The notes below the pieces were generated by a model. That model did not search any database. It was given only the letters and a program-made list of their open reading frames with translations, and was not told where the DNA came from. Shown here piece by piece: positions 29,456 through 39,204 of a stretch of 64,000 nucleotides of DNA. The position numbers were made by a program, and so were the translations under genes. The number at the start of each line of letters is the position of its first letter. The first letter of the stretch is position 1. Source of the DNA: Candidatus Multivoradales bacterium (lineage in GTDB: Bacteria > Acidobacteriota > Thermoanaerobaculia > Multivoradales > Multivoraceae); assembly GCA_965223325.1 (NCBI GenBank), contig CBDCWI010000002.1, forward strand, positions 2,176,001-2,240,000. The letters are read 5' to 3'.

Positions 29456-31423
29456 TCACGAGGAGAACCGAGAGCGGAGATCGGGCGCCAGCGCACTCGC
29501 CTGGGAGCGCAGCAGGTCGCCAACCACCTCGTTGACCAGGCCCGTGAGGCGTTGCCTTTCGTCATGGGCAGACAGTGCGCCCTCGGTCGAAGCAACGGGC
29601 ACCGAGACTTCGAGCAGAGTTGGTCGGTTGCCGCTCCCCGCAGCCAGGGCGCGATCCAGGTCGCCTGTGGTGGCGACGACTTCATAGTCCAACCCAAACG
29701 TCCGAGCGACGCCACCAAACGAGCGCCCATGGGGAGTCGTGAAGGCTCTCATGCTCTCCTCGTCGAGCGTCGAGGCCACCGGCAGGCGCTCGAAAATGCG
29801 ACCGCCGTCGTTGTTGAGAACAGCAACCACCACTCTGGTTTCCTCGATCTCGGCGAGGGCCGCGAGGCCACCGAGGTCGTGCAGCAGGGTGACGTCACCG
29901 AGCACCAACAGGGCGACGGGCGGCGAGGCTCCACGATGCTCGAGTGCGCACACCGACCCGGCAAACCCCGAAACCAGACCGTCGATCCCATTCGCACCTC
30001 GCTGACTGACCACCCGGGTCGGCAGATCGCCGGCGTAGTCCTCAACCAGCCGAATGGGAAGGCTGTTGCCAAGGCCGAGAAGTGAATCCGGCGGTAGCCA
30101 CTCGAGAAGCCGACGCACTGCCACGCCCTCGGTCAGCCGACCGCGCGAACTGGCAAGTCCGGCTGCGACCGCCTCCTCTACGGCCCGACTAGAAGCAACG
30201 GCCCGCGCTGCCAACTGGGAAGGCGCCCGGTAGCTCGGGTGATCAGCGCCTTCATCGAGAGCGGCGACAAGCGCCGCAACCGAAAGCCTGAGCTCACCGT
30301 CGAGAAGCATGTCTGTTTGACCGTCGGGATCGAACCTGGCGCCGTCGGAGAAGACGATCCGTCGCGACGGCGAGGCACCTCCAGGGGAGGTGGCGTCGGC
30401 TACGCGACCTCCAGCCCAGGCACCGAAGTTCGCGACGATCGATGCCGCCCCGAACTCGAGAATCACCTCGGGGGGATCCGCCGCGGTGAACGCCGGTGAG
30501 TCGAGCAACCAGGAAAGACGATCGATGCGCCGCTCCGGCGACACCACGTGGCGGAGTCCACTGGCGACTTCGGCGGCAACCGGGAAACCCGTCAGGCGAG
30601 CGAGCGCATCGAGACCTTCGATTCGATCGGTCACGCAAAGGGGTAGTGCGCCGCAGCGAATCAAGCCCGATCTGGCGGCGCGAACTATCCGCACCACTTC
30701 CGCAATCGCCTCGGCGCCTGGTTGACGTTCCGGCACCGTCCCGGCTCCCGCCGCTCGCGCTCGAATCTCGAGCGCCCGGCACGTGAGCTTCCGCTCGTCG
30801 TCACTGGGGGGCGCCTCGCCTCCTGCGGCGGCCGCCTGCTCGAGATCGGCGAGAGACCGGGGCTCGAGCGGTTTGCGGGCTGCCAGGTTGCAGTGCACCG
30901 GTCCCGGTCTAGGGGTCCGGGTCAGGCGGCGAGCCGCGGCCGCGCGGCGACGGGTGGCCGCAAGCGCAGCCTGGTGGGCCTCCGCGACACCCATCTCGAA
31001 GTCGCCGCGCACGAAACGTCCGAAGAGGCCACGCTGGTCGATGGTTTGCGGAGCCTGGCAACCGCGCAGTTCAGGGGGACGATCGGCGGTCAAGAGCAGA
31101 AGCGGCAGTTGTTGCTCGGATGCCTCGATCACTGCCGGCAGCCAGTGCGCCCCGGCCGTTCCCGAGGTAGCAAGGAGCGCCACTGGGCGCCCGGTCGCGC
31201 GCACTTGACCAAGCGCAAAGAAGCCCGCGACGCGCTCGTCGTGGAGCACACAGACGTCGATCGCTGGATGCTCGAGAGCGGCGAGCAGAAACGGAGTCGA
31301 ACGAGAACCTGGGCTGGCGACGATCAGTAGGCGATCGGCCTTCTGGCGGTCTTCGCAAGCCTCCGCGAAGCCGTCGACGATGAGCGCGGCATGCTCGTAG
31401 AGCAGATTCCGCGGCCCTTCCAT
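29456..31423 (-). CDS. menD: SEPHCHC synthase (TPP-dependent)
   Basis: SPGSRSTP, DER.AGFFALG, TSGTA, TADRPPELR, NSLPIR, RGANGIDG, NNDGGRIF. Confidence 0.93.
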   Translation of the reverse strand: MEGPRNLLYEHAALIVDGFAEACEDRQKADRLLIVASPGSRSTPFLLAALEHPAIDVCVLHDERVAGFFALGQVRATGRPVALLATSGTAGAHWLPAVIEASEQQLPLLLLTADRPPELRGCQAPQTIDQRGLFGRFVRGDFEMGVAEAHQAALAATRRRAAAARRLTRTPRPGPVHCNLAARKPLEPRSLADLEQAAAAGGEAPPSDDERKLTCRALEIRARAAGAGTVPERQPGAEAIAEVVRIVRAARSGLIRCGALPLCVTDRIEGLDALARLTGFPVAAEVASGLRHVVSPERRIDRLSWLLDSPAFTAADPPEVILEFGAASIVANFGAWAGGRVADATSPGGASPSRRIVFSDGARFDPDGQTDMLLDGELRLSVAALVAALDEGADHPSYRAPSQLAARAVASSRAVEEAVAAGLASSRGRLTEGVAVRRLLEWLPPDSLLGLGNSLPIRLVEDYAGDLPTRVVSQRGANGIDGLVSGFAGSVCALEHRGASPPVALLVLGDVTLLHDLGGLAALAEIEETRVVVAVLNNDGGRIFERLPVASTLDEESMRAFTTPHGRSFGGVARTFGLDYEVVATTGDLDRALAAGSGNRPTLLEVSVPVASTEGALSAHDERQRLTGLVNEVVGDLLRSQASALAPDLRSRFSS

Positions 31424-33012
31424 CAGGGGCTGTTGCCAGGCGCCTCGACGCCGCCGAGGCGCGCGCGAAGATTGTCGTGGGCGCCCGAGGTGGCGGTTTC
31501 GGCCGGGCGCTCCTCCGTCGCCTCAGGAAGCTGGACGATCGCACCCTCGAGGGCATTCTTGACAGCTCGTGCCTTGACCTCGGTCTCACGCAGTTCGGCG
31601 ACCGGGTCAGAGCCCGCAACGATGCCCGCGCCCGCCCACACACGCACCTGATTGTGGGCGACCAGACCGGAGCGCAGGGAGACACGAAAGTCACCGTCGC
31701 CTGAGAGATTGAACCAGCCCACAGCCCCGGCGTAGAGGCCACGATCGCCTCTTTCGTGGTCGTCGAGGAACTGGACGGCTGGGCGCGCCGGCACCCCGCC
31801 GACTGCCGGGGTCGGATGAAGGCGGCCCAGCAACTCGAGGATGTGCACCGGATGGGCGAGGCGGACATGGACCGGGGTTTCGAGATGAAGGACGCTCTCT
31901 AAACGGCGCACCACGGGTTCTCCCACCGGTTCGATGTGCGAGGCGAGCGACCGCAGGCGAGCCACCAGGTGATCGACGACCAGCGCATGTTCGCGCAGAT
32001 CCTTGTCGCTCTCGAGAAGCCGGGCGGCACTGCCACCGCGTGAAGTATCAGGATCGATCGAACCGGCCAGGGCCTGAGTCTCGACCTCGAGGCCCCGCTT
32101 GGTGACCAATCGCTCCGGGGTCGCGCCAAAGAACAGGCGCCCATCGCGCTCGATGACGAAGCGCGCGCAGGTCGACTCATGCTCCCCCAGGCGCAAGAGA
32201 ACTCGCTCGAGATCGAGTGGTCGCTCGAGCTCCAGGGTCGTTGAGCGGGCCGCGACCACCTTTTCGAACGAACCATCGGCGATCGACGCCAGAATCTCTT
32301 CGACCAACTCGCGGTACTCGGGATCGTCGATGCCGGTGTCGACGCACGAGGGAGTCGCGGTGGATGACGCGATCGCTTCGTCGCTCGGTTTCTCGGTTGC
32401 ATCGGAGGCATCGAGAGCATCGAGCGCCCGCACCACCCTTGCCACGAGGTCGCGCGTGTCGTTGTGTTTTGGATCGACGACCAGATCGAGACTCGAACCG
32501 GGGCCACTCTCACTGCGACAGTAGAGCCAACGCGGCAAGACGAAGCCTCCGCGCCCGAGGGAACCCCAGGCGGAAAGAGAGCCGTCGCTACGGTCCTCGA
32601 GACTGCGAGTCGAAAACGGCACCGCACCGAAGAGGCGCAGGCCGCGTGAGTCGGCGACCAGGGTCCCCTTGCCGCTCGAGAAATCGAGCAGCGAGAGGTC
32701 AGAGAAAAGGGCGCCCGTTCGAAAGCGCAGCGACTCCAGCACCACCGGCCAGTCGGCCGCCGCCTCGAACTCAGCGCGCGCCGCAATGCCCAGCCCCGCA
32801 AAGGCCGGACCGTTTTCGGGGGCCCATACCAAACGATCGCGCGCTCCGACATCGTCGCTGGCCAACGACTCGAGCGCTGCTAGAGCCGGCGCCAGGCTGA
32901 GACGCGGGGCGGGGAACCGGAGAACGACACTGCCAGCGTGCCGATGACGAGTGAGCGCTTCGACGACTCGCCCCTCGAGATCGCGGCTGGCATCGAGAAA
33001 GGCGAGGCTCAT
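31423..33012 (-). CDS. menF: isochorismate synthase
   Basis: KVVAAR, FFGATPERL, ALAGS, KDLREH, LHPTPAVGG, RGLYAG, AGAGIV.GS. Confidence 0.9.
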   Translation of the reverse strand: MSLAFLDASRDLEGRVVEALTRHRHAGSVVLRFPAPRLSLAPALAALESLASDDVGARDRLVWAPENGPAFAGLGIAARAEFEAAADWPVVLESLRFRTGALFSDLSLLDFSSGKGTLVADSRGLRLFGAVPFSTRSLEDRSDGSLSAWGSLGRGGFVLPRWLYCRSESGPGSSLDLVVDPKHNDTRDLVARVVRALDALDASDATEKPSDEAIASSTATPSCVDTGIDDPEYRELVEEILASIADGSFEKVVAARSTTLELERPLDLERVLLRLGEHESTCARFVIERDGRLFFGATPERLVTKRGLEVETQALAGSIDPDTSRGGSAARLLESDKDLREHALVVDHLVARLRSLASHIEPVGEPVVRRLESVLHLETPVHVRLAHPVHILELLGRLHPTPAVGGVPARPAVQFLDDHERGDRGLYAGAVGWFNLSGDGDFRVSLRSGLVAHNQVRVWAGAGIVAGSDPVAELRETEVKARAVKNALEGAIVQLPEATEERPAETATSGAHDNLRARLGGVEAPGNSP

Positions 33013-33764
33013 GCTCTACCCCGTGGCCGCGCCAAGAAGAGATGGACCGCACCGAAACTCATCGGGGTCACCGCCAGAACGTCGAGGCCGGACATCTCCA
33101 TCAGGCGGGAGAACTCCTCGGGGGCGGGAAACTCGGCGATCGATCGCTCGAGGTAGGAGTACTCCTCAGCGCCGGAGAGCAATGCTCCCAGGCGCGGCAC
33201 GACCCGGCGCTTCCAGAAGCGAGCCGGCGATGCCAGGAGGCTTCCCCGGGGCTCAGAGAGTTCGAGAATCGCGATGCGACCGCCCGGCTTGACCACGCGA
33301 ACGATCTCGCCCAGGGCACGTGCGCGGTCGGGCACGTTGCGAATCCCAAAAGCCATCGTCAGGGCGTCAAAGCTGTGGTCTTGAAAGTCGAGCTGTTGCG
33401 CGTCGCCGGTGACCAGCGTCAACCGCTCTCCATCGCCACGCTTCGCGGACTTCTGCTCTGCGATGGCCAGCATGCCCTCAGAAGGATCGACGGCAGTGAC
33501 CTGGCAGTCACTGTGGGCGTCGAGTAGCGCAAAAGCCAAGTCACCCGTCCCGGTCGCCAGGTCGAGAACTCGGGAACCCGGCGCGAGCGCCAGAGCGTGC
33601 GCCGCGCGCCGTCGCCAGCGCCCGTCGGAGCCCAACGACATCAAACGGTTCAACAGGTCGTAGCGTGGAGCGACGCCATCGAACATGCGGCCCGAGCCGA
33701 GCTTGTTGTCCACAGCGGCACTGCCCTTCATCGTCGCCGCAGCTTCGAGGTCAACCGTCATCAC
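33009..33764 (-). CDS. menG: demethylmenaquinone methyltransferase (UbiE/MenG)
   Basis: MFDGVAPRYDLLNRLMSLG, VLDLATGTGD, AFGIRNV, YSYLERSI. Confidence 0.92.
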   Translation of the reverse strand: MMTVDLEAAATMKGSAAVDNKLGSGRMFDGVAPRYDLLNRLMSLGSDGRWRRRAAHALALAPGSRVLDLATGTGDLAFALLDAHSDCQVTAVDPSEGMLAIAEQKSAKRGDGERLTLVTGDAQQLDFQDHSFDALTMAFGIRNVPDRARALGEIVRVVKPGGRIAILELSEPRGSLLASPARFWKRRVVPRLGALLSGAEEYSYLERSIAEFPAPEEFSRLMEMSGLDVLAVTPMSFGAVHLFLARPRGRA

Positions 33765-34856
33765 TCAGAGCAACCGGTGGGCCGTCGACCGACCGACAGT
33801 TGCCAGCGCCTCGCGCGCGGCACTGGGTGGCAACACGGAAAGGTTCTCGATCGCGCCCTCGATGCGATCGGCGGCGAGGCGCCGGCAGGCATCGGCGGCA
33901 CCGGTCTCGGTCACCACCCGCTCGACCTCGAGCAACCACCTACGCTCCGGCTCGGCAGGCGGATCCGTCGCTACGATGCGCCCCAGCACCTCTCTCAGTT
34001 CGGGCGCCCGCTCGAGGGCGACGATCACCGGGAAGGTCACCTTGCCTTCGCGCAGGTCGGTGAAGGGCGTCTTGCCCGTGCGCTCGAGCTGGGTGTCGAG
34101 ATCGAGTAGATCGTCGATAACCTGAAAAGCGATGCCGAGCCCCGAACCGAAGTCTTGTAGCGCCATAGACCCGGCCCGACCGATGCCGCCGGAGCGGGCT
34201 CCCGCCAACATCGCCCAGCGAAAAAGGGTGGCTGACTTGCCCTCCGCCACGCGGAAGTAGAGGTCGCGCGAAATATCGAGCCGACCGCGGTTCTCGAGCT
34301 GAAGAGACTCGGCGCGGATCATGTCGGCGATCGTGTCCAACAACGCGTCGAGAGTTCCGGGCACGCGCGCCTTTCGCACCCGGCGCAGAGCGTCGATCAA
34401 CAGCCAGTCGCCGGCAAAAATCGAAGCCGCGTTGCCAAACTCGGCCCGCGCCGACGGAGCACCGCGGCGAGTCGGGGCCAGGTCGATCACATCATCGTGG
34501 AGAAGAGTCGCGTTGTGCACCAACTCAACGGCCACCGCGAGCTGCATCGTGCTGCGATCGAAGCCCGCGCCGCAGCGCGAGGCCAACGCGACACAGAGCG
34601 GGCGCAGGCGTTTGCCGCCGAGATCCAGAAGATGCGAACCGGCGCGCTCGGCGACCCGCTCACCACGCGCAGATTGCGCGAGCTCGGCCTCGATGTCAGC
34701 CATATCGGCCCCGGTCAAGGCCATCAGCTCGCCCAGGTTCTCAGCCAGTGCTTCCAGTCCGCGGGCGCTGCACATGTCGCGCAGCCGCGCCATGACCTCG
34801 TCGTCATGCGGCAGATCGCGCACTCGCGCGGTCCTTGGATTCATCTCAGGCAACAT
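33765..34856 (-). CDS. polyprenyl diphosphate synthase (IspB/HepT-like)
   Basis: GGKRLRP, LLHDDVID, RRG, AFQVIDDLLD, DLREGK. Confidence 0.92.
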   Translation of the reverse strand: MLPEMNPRTARVRDLPHDDEVMARLRDMCSARGLEALAENLGELMALTGADMADIEAELAQSARGERVAERAGSHLLDLGGKRLRPLCVALASRCGAGFDRSTMQLAVAVELVHNATLLHDDVIDLAPTRRGAPSARAEFGNAASIFAGDWLLIDALRRVRKARVPGTLDALLDTIADMIRAESLQLENRGRLDISRDLYFRVAEGKSATLFRWAMLAGARSGGIGRAGSMALQDFGSGLGIAFQVIDDLLDLDTQLERTGKTPFTDLREGKVTFPVIVALERAPELREVLGRIVATDPPAEPERRWLLEVERVVTETGAADACRRLAADRIEGAIENLSVLPPSAAREALATVGRSTAHRLL

Positions 34857-34937
34857 GCTTTGTTTCCTTACGGCTGTCAGCGGGAGTTCGGTGCCTCTGG
34901 CTACCGCACCCTTTTCGACTCGATTCTTCGGCGCGGC

Positions 34938-35591
34938 TCAGGTTGCATCATCATCGGAGGAACTCTCGGCGACGTCTCGAAGGCCAGGTCGAGGGGCCTC
35001 CTCCACCTCCACCAGGGCCGAACCCTCAGGACCCACCGCCCGACGGTTGGGAGCTCGGACCAGATGGCGCAGCGCCAGATTGCTCACGACGCCGCCGCGT
35101 AGGAACGAATCGACGACCGAATCGGCCAGGCCTACGAGGCGCTCGAGTGCAACCAGACGATCGCGCAGAACCTGCGCGTCGGGTGAAGGGTCTTCCTGGA
35201 GTTCTGGTATCCAGTCTCTCAGGTTTTCGAGAATGGGGTCCCACTCCCGCTGTTTGCGAATTCTGACGACATGCCGGGTGACCTTCTCGAGGTCGGACTC
35301 GGCGCGGTAACCGATGCGGCGTGAGCCGGGCAAACGCTCGGAGGTCACCAGCCCCCATTCGCGCAACTCGCGACAGGCCATCGACACGGCGCCCCGCGAG
35401 AGCTCGAGGGCGTCCATGATCTCCTCGGCGCCGGCCGCTTCGGAGCGCGCGAAGAGCCAACCGAAGATCCGCGCAGTGGTTGGCGAAACGCCCCAGAAGG
35501 TGCCCAGTGAACCCCACAGGGTGACAAAGGCCTCACGCACATGTGCGACACCAGGGGGCCGGAGCTCGACTTCCACTTCGTTGGTTTTCAT
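34938..35591 (-). CDS. GbsR/MarR family transcriptional regulator
   Basis: WG.LGTFWGVSPTTARI, EEI...LELSRG.VSMACREL.EWGLV, RK.REWDP. Confidence 0.85.
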   Translation of the reverse strand: MKTNEVEVELRPPGVAHVREAFVTLWGSLGTFWGVSPTTARIFGWLFARSEAAGAEEIMDALELSRGAVSMACRELREWGLVTSERLPGSRRIGYRAESDLEKVTRHVVRIRKQREWDPILENLRDWIPELQEDPSPDAQVLRDRLVALERLVGLADSVVDSFLRGGVVSNLALRHLVRAPNRRAVGPEGSALVEVEEAPRPGLRDVAESSSDDDAT

Positions 35592-35660
35592 TCCCGGAGG
35601 GACCTTCCCAGCGGATCTGGAGGCCGCAGGCGGTACGTTTCGTGGTCTGCTCGAAAGAGC

Positions 35661-35700
35661 GTACAGGAACTTTTCTGAAGTTTCAATATTTATTGAAACT
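35661..35700. promoter_or_regulatory. putative GbsR-family operator(s)
   Basis: Perfect AGTTTCAATA-tt-TATTGAAACT (35679-35700) plus adjacent imperfect TACAG-gaactttt-CTGAA, in an AT-rich island. Confidence 0.65.
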
Positions 35701-35980
35701 ATTCTTGATCGTGGGTATCTGGGCAGATCGCTATAGGGTCGGGGGGTTCTGAGGGTGATCGACCCGCTCCTTGGCTTGCGTCCCGGGCGTCCTCCCAGGA
35801 GGACAACCCTCCTACCCTCACTCTTCTGCCGGCACCGCGTATCCGCATACTGCCGGCTGTTCCACCATCGCTCGCCACCCGGTACGAACCCTGCAGTCGA
35901 CTGTGGCTGCGGTGGACGAAAGCGAGTTTCCCCACCCCCCTTGCAAAGCAAAGCACCAGAACTATTCGGAGAGTCGTCTC

Positions 35981-37669
35981 ATGACCCTTGCCACCCGGCG
36001 CGACCACACCACATCGATGTTCCCGGCAGCCAGTCGGGCGCTCGCCGTTTGCCTCGTCACCGTCCTGTTCTCGATTCTCGGCCTCGCCAACCCCACATTC
36101 GCGGCCGCTAGCAACGGCGCGACCGCCCTCGAGTCGCTGGCCCAGCGCCTTGGGGTCACGGCTCCGACCAACGCCGGCACCGACTGCGCCACCGACGGTA
36201 CCCATCGAGTCGACCGGCATGTGATGCAGTGGATCGACGGCGCCGTCTGGCACTGGACCGAGAGCGACACCCGAGCCGGCATCTGCTCGGTGCTGCTGTC
36301 ACCCGAAGCCCGTGTCCTCTCGGCGCGCGAGACCGGAACTCTCCTCGCCGCCTCAGAACACGCCAGCATCGGCGACTCATCGCCGCGCGCTTCGGTTCGA
36401 GAGGCGCCGTTCGAACGTGCTGCACCACGTCGCCTGGCGATCGAACCGCATGATGCGCAGCGACTCGTCCAGGCACTGCGCCGCGGTGGCCCCACCGTCC
36501 GTCACCAGCCGGGCGCGAGCGGCAAGGCCACGCGCACGAGAACCGCTCCGGTTGCCACCAGGGTCACCGATCTCGATTCCGACCGCCAGAGTCTTCTCTT
36601 CGGTAGCGACGACCGTCAACGGGTAACCAACACCAGCGAGTTCCCCTGGAGTACGGTGACCTACGTCGAGAGCAGCTACGAGACCGGTGACTCGTTCGGC
36701 TACTCCGGCGTCTTGATCAGTCCCTACGCCGTCCTCACCTCGGCCTTTGCAATCTACGACGAGAGCCTCGGTGGCTTCGCCGAGAGCGTCCTGGTGGTTC
36801 CAGGTCAAACGCAAACCGAAGAAGGCGCGACGCTCATCGAGCCCTTTGGAGCTGTCGATGCGAGCATCATCGAAGTCCCGGAGGCGTGGATCAACACGGA
36901 AGACCCGGCAGAGCTCTACGGAGTAGCCTTCGTCGACGAGCCCTTCGACGGCATCAACAGTTTCATGCCCCTGGTCTTCGATGCCCTGCCCGCTGGCGAC
37001 TTCAACCTCGCGGGCTACGACTTCTCCGGCGACGGCGAGTCGCTCTCGTTCGCGCAGTGGACCCGTAGCGGCCCGCTGCAAGATAGCGACGAGATCTTCT
37101 TCTTCCACCAGCTCGACGACGACGAAGGGGCGCTCGGCGCCCCCGCCTGGGACTTCTCCGGACCCGGCGGCGCGCGCCGCATCTTCGGTCTCGAATGCTG
37201 CGCGACGACCGACGAGACGGCGAACGCCGGAATACGCTTGACAGCCTCTAACCGCGACCTCATCGAGGACTGGCTGAGCTTCATTCCCGACAACGGTGGC
37301 GGCGTGGTGCCGCCGCTCGGTACGGACCCGTTGTTCGTCGGCGGCGACAGCGCCAGCCGTTTCAAGATCGAAACCGCCTACGTCGACCGTCGCGGCAACA
37401 GCGGCGGCGGCAACCCGATTCGCCTGACCGACGACACCGGCTACTTCTGGTTCTTCAGTGACGACAACGTCGAGCTCGTGATCAAGGTGCTCAACGGCTG
37501 CCGCCTCAACGATCGCTTCTGGATCTTCGCCGCTGGCCTCACCGACGTCGAGGTCACGCTGCGAGTCGAAGACACCGAGACCAATCAGGTGTGGGACTTC
37601 AAGAACCCGCAAGGCAATGCCTTCCCGCCCGTCCAGGACACGAGCGCCTTCGCCACCTGCGACGGCTAG
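35981..37669 (+). CDS. secreted V8/trypsin-like protease homolog (triad degenerate) with conserved C-terminal domain
   Basis: Signal peptide; FGSDDRQRVTNTSEFPWS, SGVLISPYAVLT, VVPG, LAGY; C-terminal domain shared with 60804-63059. Confidence 0.75.
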   Translation: MTLATRRDHTTSMFPAASRALAVCLVTVLFSILGLANPTFAAASNGATALESLAQRLGVTAPTNAGTDCATDGTHRVDRHVMQWIDGAVWHWTESDTRAGICSVLLSPEARVLSARETGTLLAASEHASIGDSSPRASVREAPFERAAPRRLAIEPHDAQRLVQALRRGGPTVRHQPGASGKATRTRTAPVATRVTDLDSDRQSLLFGSDDRQRVTNTSEFPWSTVTYVESSYETGDSFGYSGVLISPYAVLTSAFAIYDESLGGFAESVLVVPGQTQTEEGATLIEPFGAVDASIIEVPEAWINTEDPAELYGVAFVDEPFDGINSFMPLVFDALPAGDFNLAGYDFSGDGESLSFAQWTRSGPLQDSDEIFFFHQLDDDEGALGAPAWDFSGPGGARRIFGLECCATTDETANAGIRLTASNRDLIEDWLSFIPDNGGGVVPPLGTDPLFVGGDSASRFKIETAYVDRRGNSGGGNPIRLTDDTGYFWFFSDDNVELVIKVLNGCRLNDRFWIFAAGLTDVEVTLRVEDTETNQVWDFKNPQGNAFPPVQDTSAFATCDG

Positions 37670-37713
37670 CTCTTTCCAGCGACAGGTGAGAAAGCCTGGT
37701 GGCGCGAGGCACT

Positions 37714-37753
37714 GCGCTCCTCTCGATGAGACATCTCGTTTGAGGAGGAGCGC
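37714..37753. terminator. intergenic hairpin
   Basis: GCGCTCCTC...GAGGAGCGC arms with inner GAGA/TCTC pairing; no U-tract. Confidence 0.35.
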
Positions 37754-37788
37754 GTGACAACTGAGAACAGCCAGAACGAGACCGTCGC

Positions 37789-39204
37789 ATGAACCGTCCG
37801 GTGCTCGCACTCTTTGCTGCGGCGCTGGCGGTCCTATGCGTCGCTCGACCGGTACCCGCCGAGTCGCCACCCAGCCTGTGGACCCACGCCGCTGGAGATG
37901 ACTGGCCGACTTTTCTCGGCGAGAAGCGCGACGCCACCACCTACGAGGGCGACCTGCTCATCGACTGGCCCGAGGCCGGGCCGCCGATCGTCTGGCAAAT
38001 GGCGGTCGGCGAGGGCTACAGCATGCCGTCGATCGCTGACGGTCGCCTGTTCCTCTTCGACCGTCACGACGACCGCGAAAGCGGCGACCGGGCCCGCCTG
38101 AGGGCGCTGGTCGCCGAGACCGGCGAGGTGCTCTGGCAAAGCGAGTACCCCACCGACTATGAAGACATGTTCGAGTACAGCGGCGGACCGCGGGCGTCGC
38201 CGGTGGTCGACGATGACCGGGTCTACGCCTTCGGCGTCGACGGTCGCTTGCGCGCCCACGCGGTCCTGGATGGCAATGTCCTCTGGGAGCGCGACACCGA
38301 AAAGGAGTTCGGAGTCGTCCAGAACTTCTTCGGAGTTGCCAGCACTCCGCTGGTCGCCGGTGAACTCCTCTTGGTTCCGGTTGGAGGCTCACCAGAAGGA
38401 GATTGGGATATTCACGACCTGAGGGTCGAGCCCAACGGTTCCGGCATCGTCGCCTTCGACAAGAAGACCGGCGCCGTACGCTGGCAGAGTGGTGACGAGC
38501 TGGCGAGCTACAGTTCGCCCGTTCTGGCCGAGATCGACCGAACCCAACATGTCCTGTGGTTGGCGCGCGACAACTTTCTGGTCATGGACCCGGCAAGCGG
38601 TACCATCCGCCACCGCCTCGGGTACCGAGCGGCCAAGGCCTACAGCGTCAACGCCGCAACACCTGTTGTGGTCGGAAACGAGATCTTCCTCTCCGAGTCG
38701 TATGAGAAAGGCGGGCTCCTTCTACGGCTCGGCGACCAGGGTCTCAAGACCGTCTGGCAAGACCCACCCCGCCGCAACCAGAGCCTCGCAACCCACTGGA
38801 ACACCGCCGTCGAACACCGCGGGGTGCTCTACGGCTCGAGCGGCGAGAAGACCGGCCAGGCCGAGTTGCGCGCCGTCGACTGGAAGAGCGGCCGGGTTCA
38901 CTGGAGCATTCCACGGCTCGGTCGCACCACGGCTCTTCTCCTGGCGGACCCAACACCGGCGCCAGACGATGCGCACCTCATCGTCCTCGCCGAGTACGGC
39001 GAGTTGCTCCTCATCGAAGCCACCCGCGACGAGCCGCGCATCAAGCAGCGCCTCGAGCTGCGCGGGTCGGTCGACGGCAAGGAGCGCGAGCTTCTGCGTC
39101 ACCCTGCCTGGAGCCCGCCGATCGTCTCGCACGGGCTCCTGTTCGTGCGCGGCAAGGACCGGCTCGTCGCCCTCGACCTACGGGCGCCCGCACCGAAGCG
39201 CTAG
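37789..39204 (+). CDS. PQQ-binding-like beta-propeller protein
   Basis: Signal peptide; DWPTFLG, GEGYS.P, GPRASP, ASYSSP, WSPP.VS.G.LFVRG. Confidence 0.88.
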   Translation: MNRPVLALFAAALAVLCVARPVPAESPPSLWTHAAGDDWPTFLGEKRDATTYEGDLLIDWPEAGPPIVWQMAVGEGYSMPSIADGRLFLFDRHDDRESGDRARLRALVAETGEVLWQSEYPTDYEDMFEYSGGPRASPVVDDDRVYAFGVDGRLRAHAVLDGNVLWERDTEKEFGVVQNFFGVASTPLVAGELLLVPVGGSPEGDWDIHDLRVEPNGSGIVAFDKKTGAVRWQSGDELASYSSPVLAEIDRTQHVLWLARDNFLVMDPASGTIRHRLGYRAAKAYSVNAATPVVVGNEIFLSESYEKGGLLLRLGDQGLKTVWQDPPRRNQSLATHWNTAVEHRGVLYGSSGEKTGQAELRAVDWKSGRVHWSIPRLGRTTALLLADPTPAPDDAHLIVLAEYGELLLIEATRDEPRIKQRLELRGSVDGKERELLRHPAWSPPIVSHGLLFVRGKDRLVALDLRAPAPKR

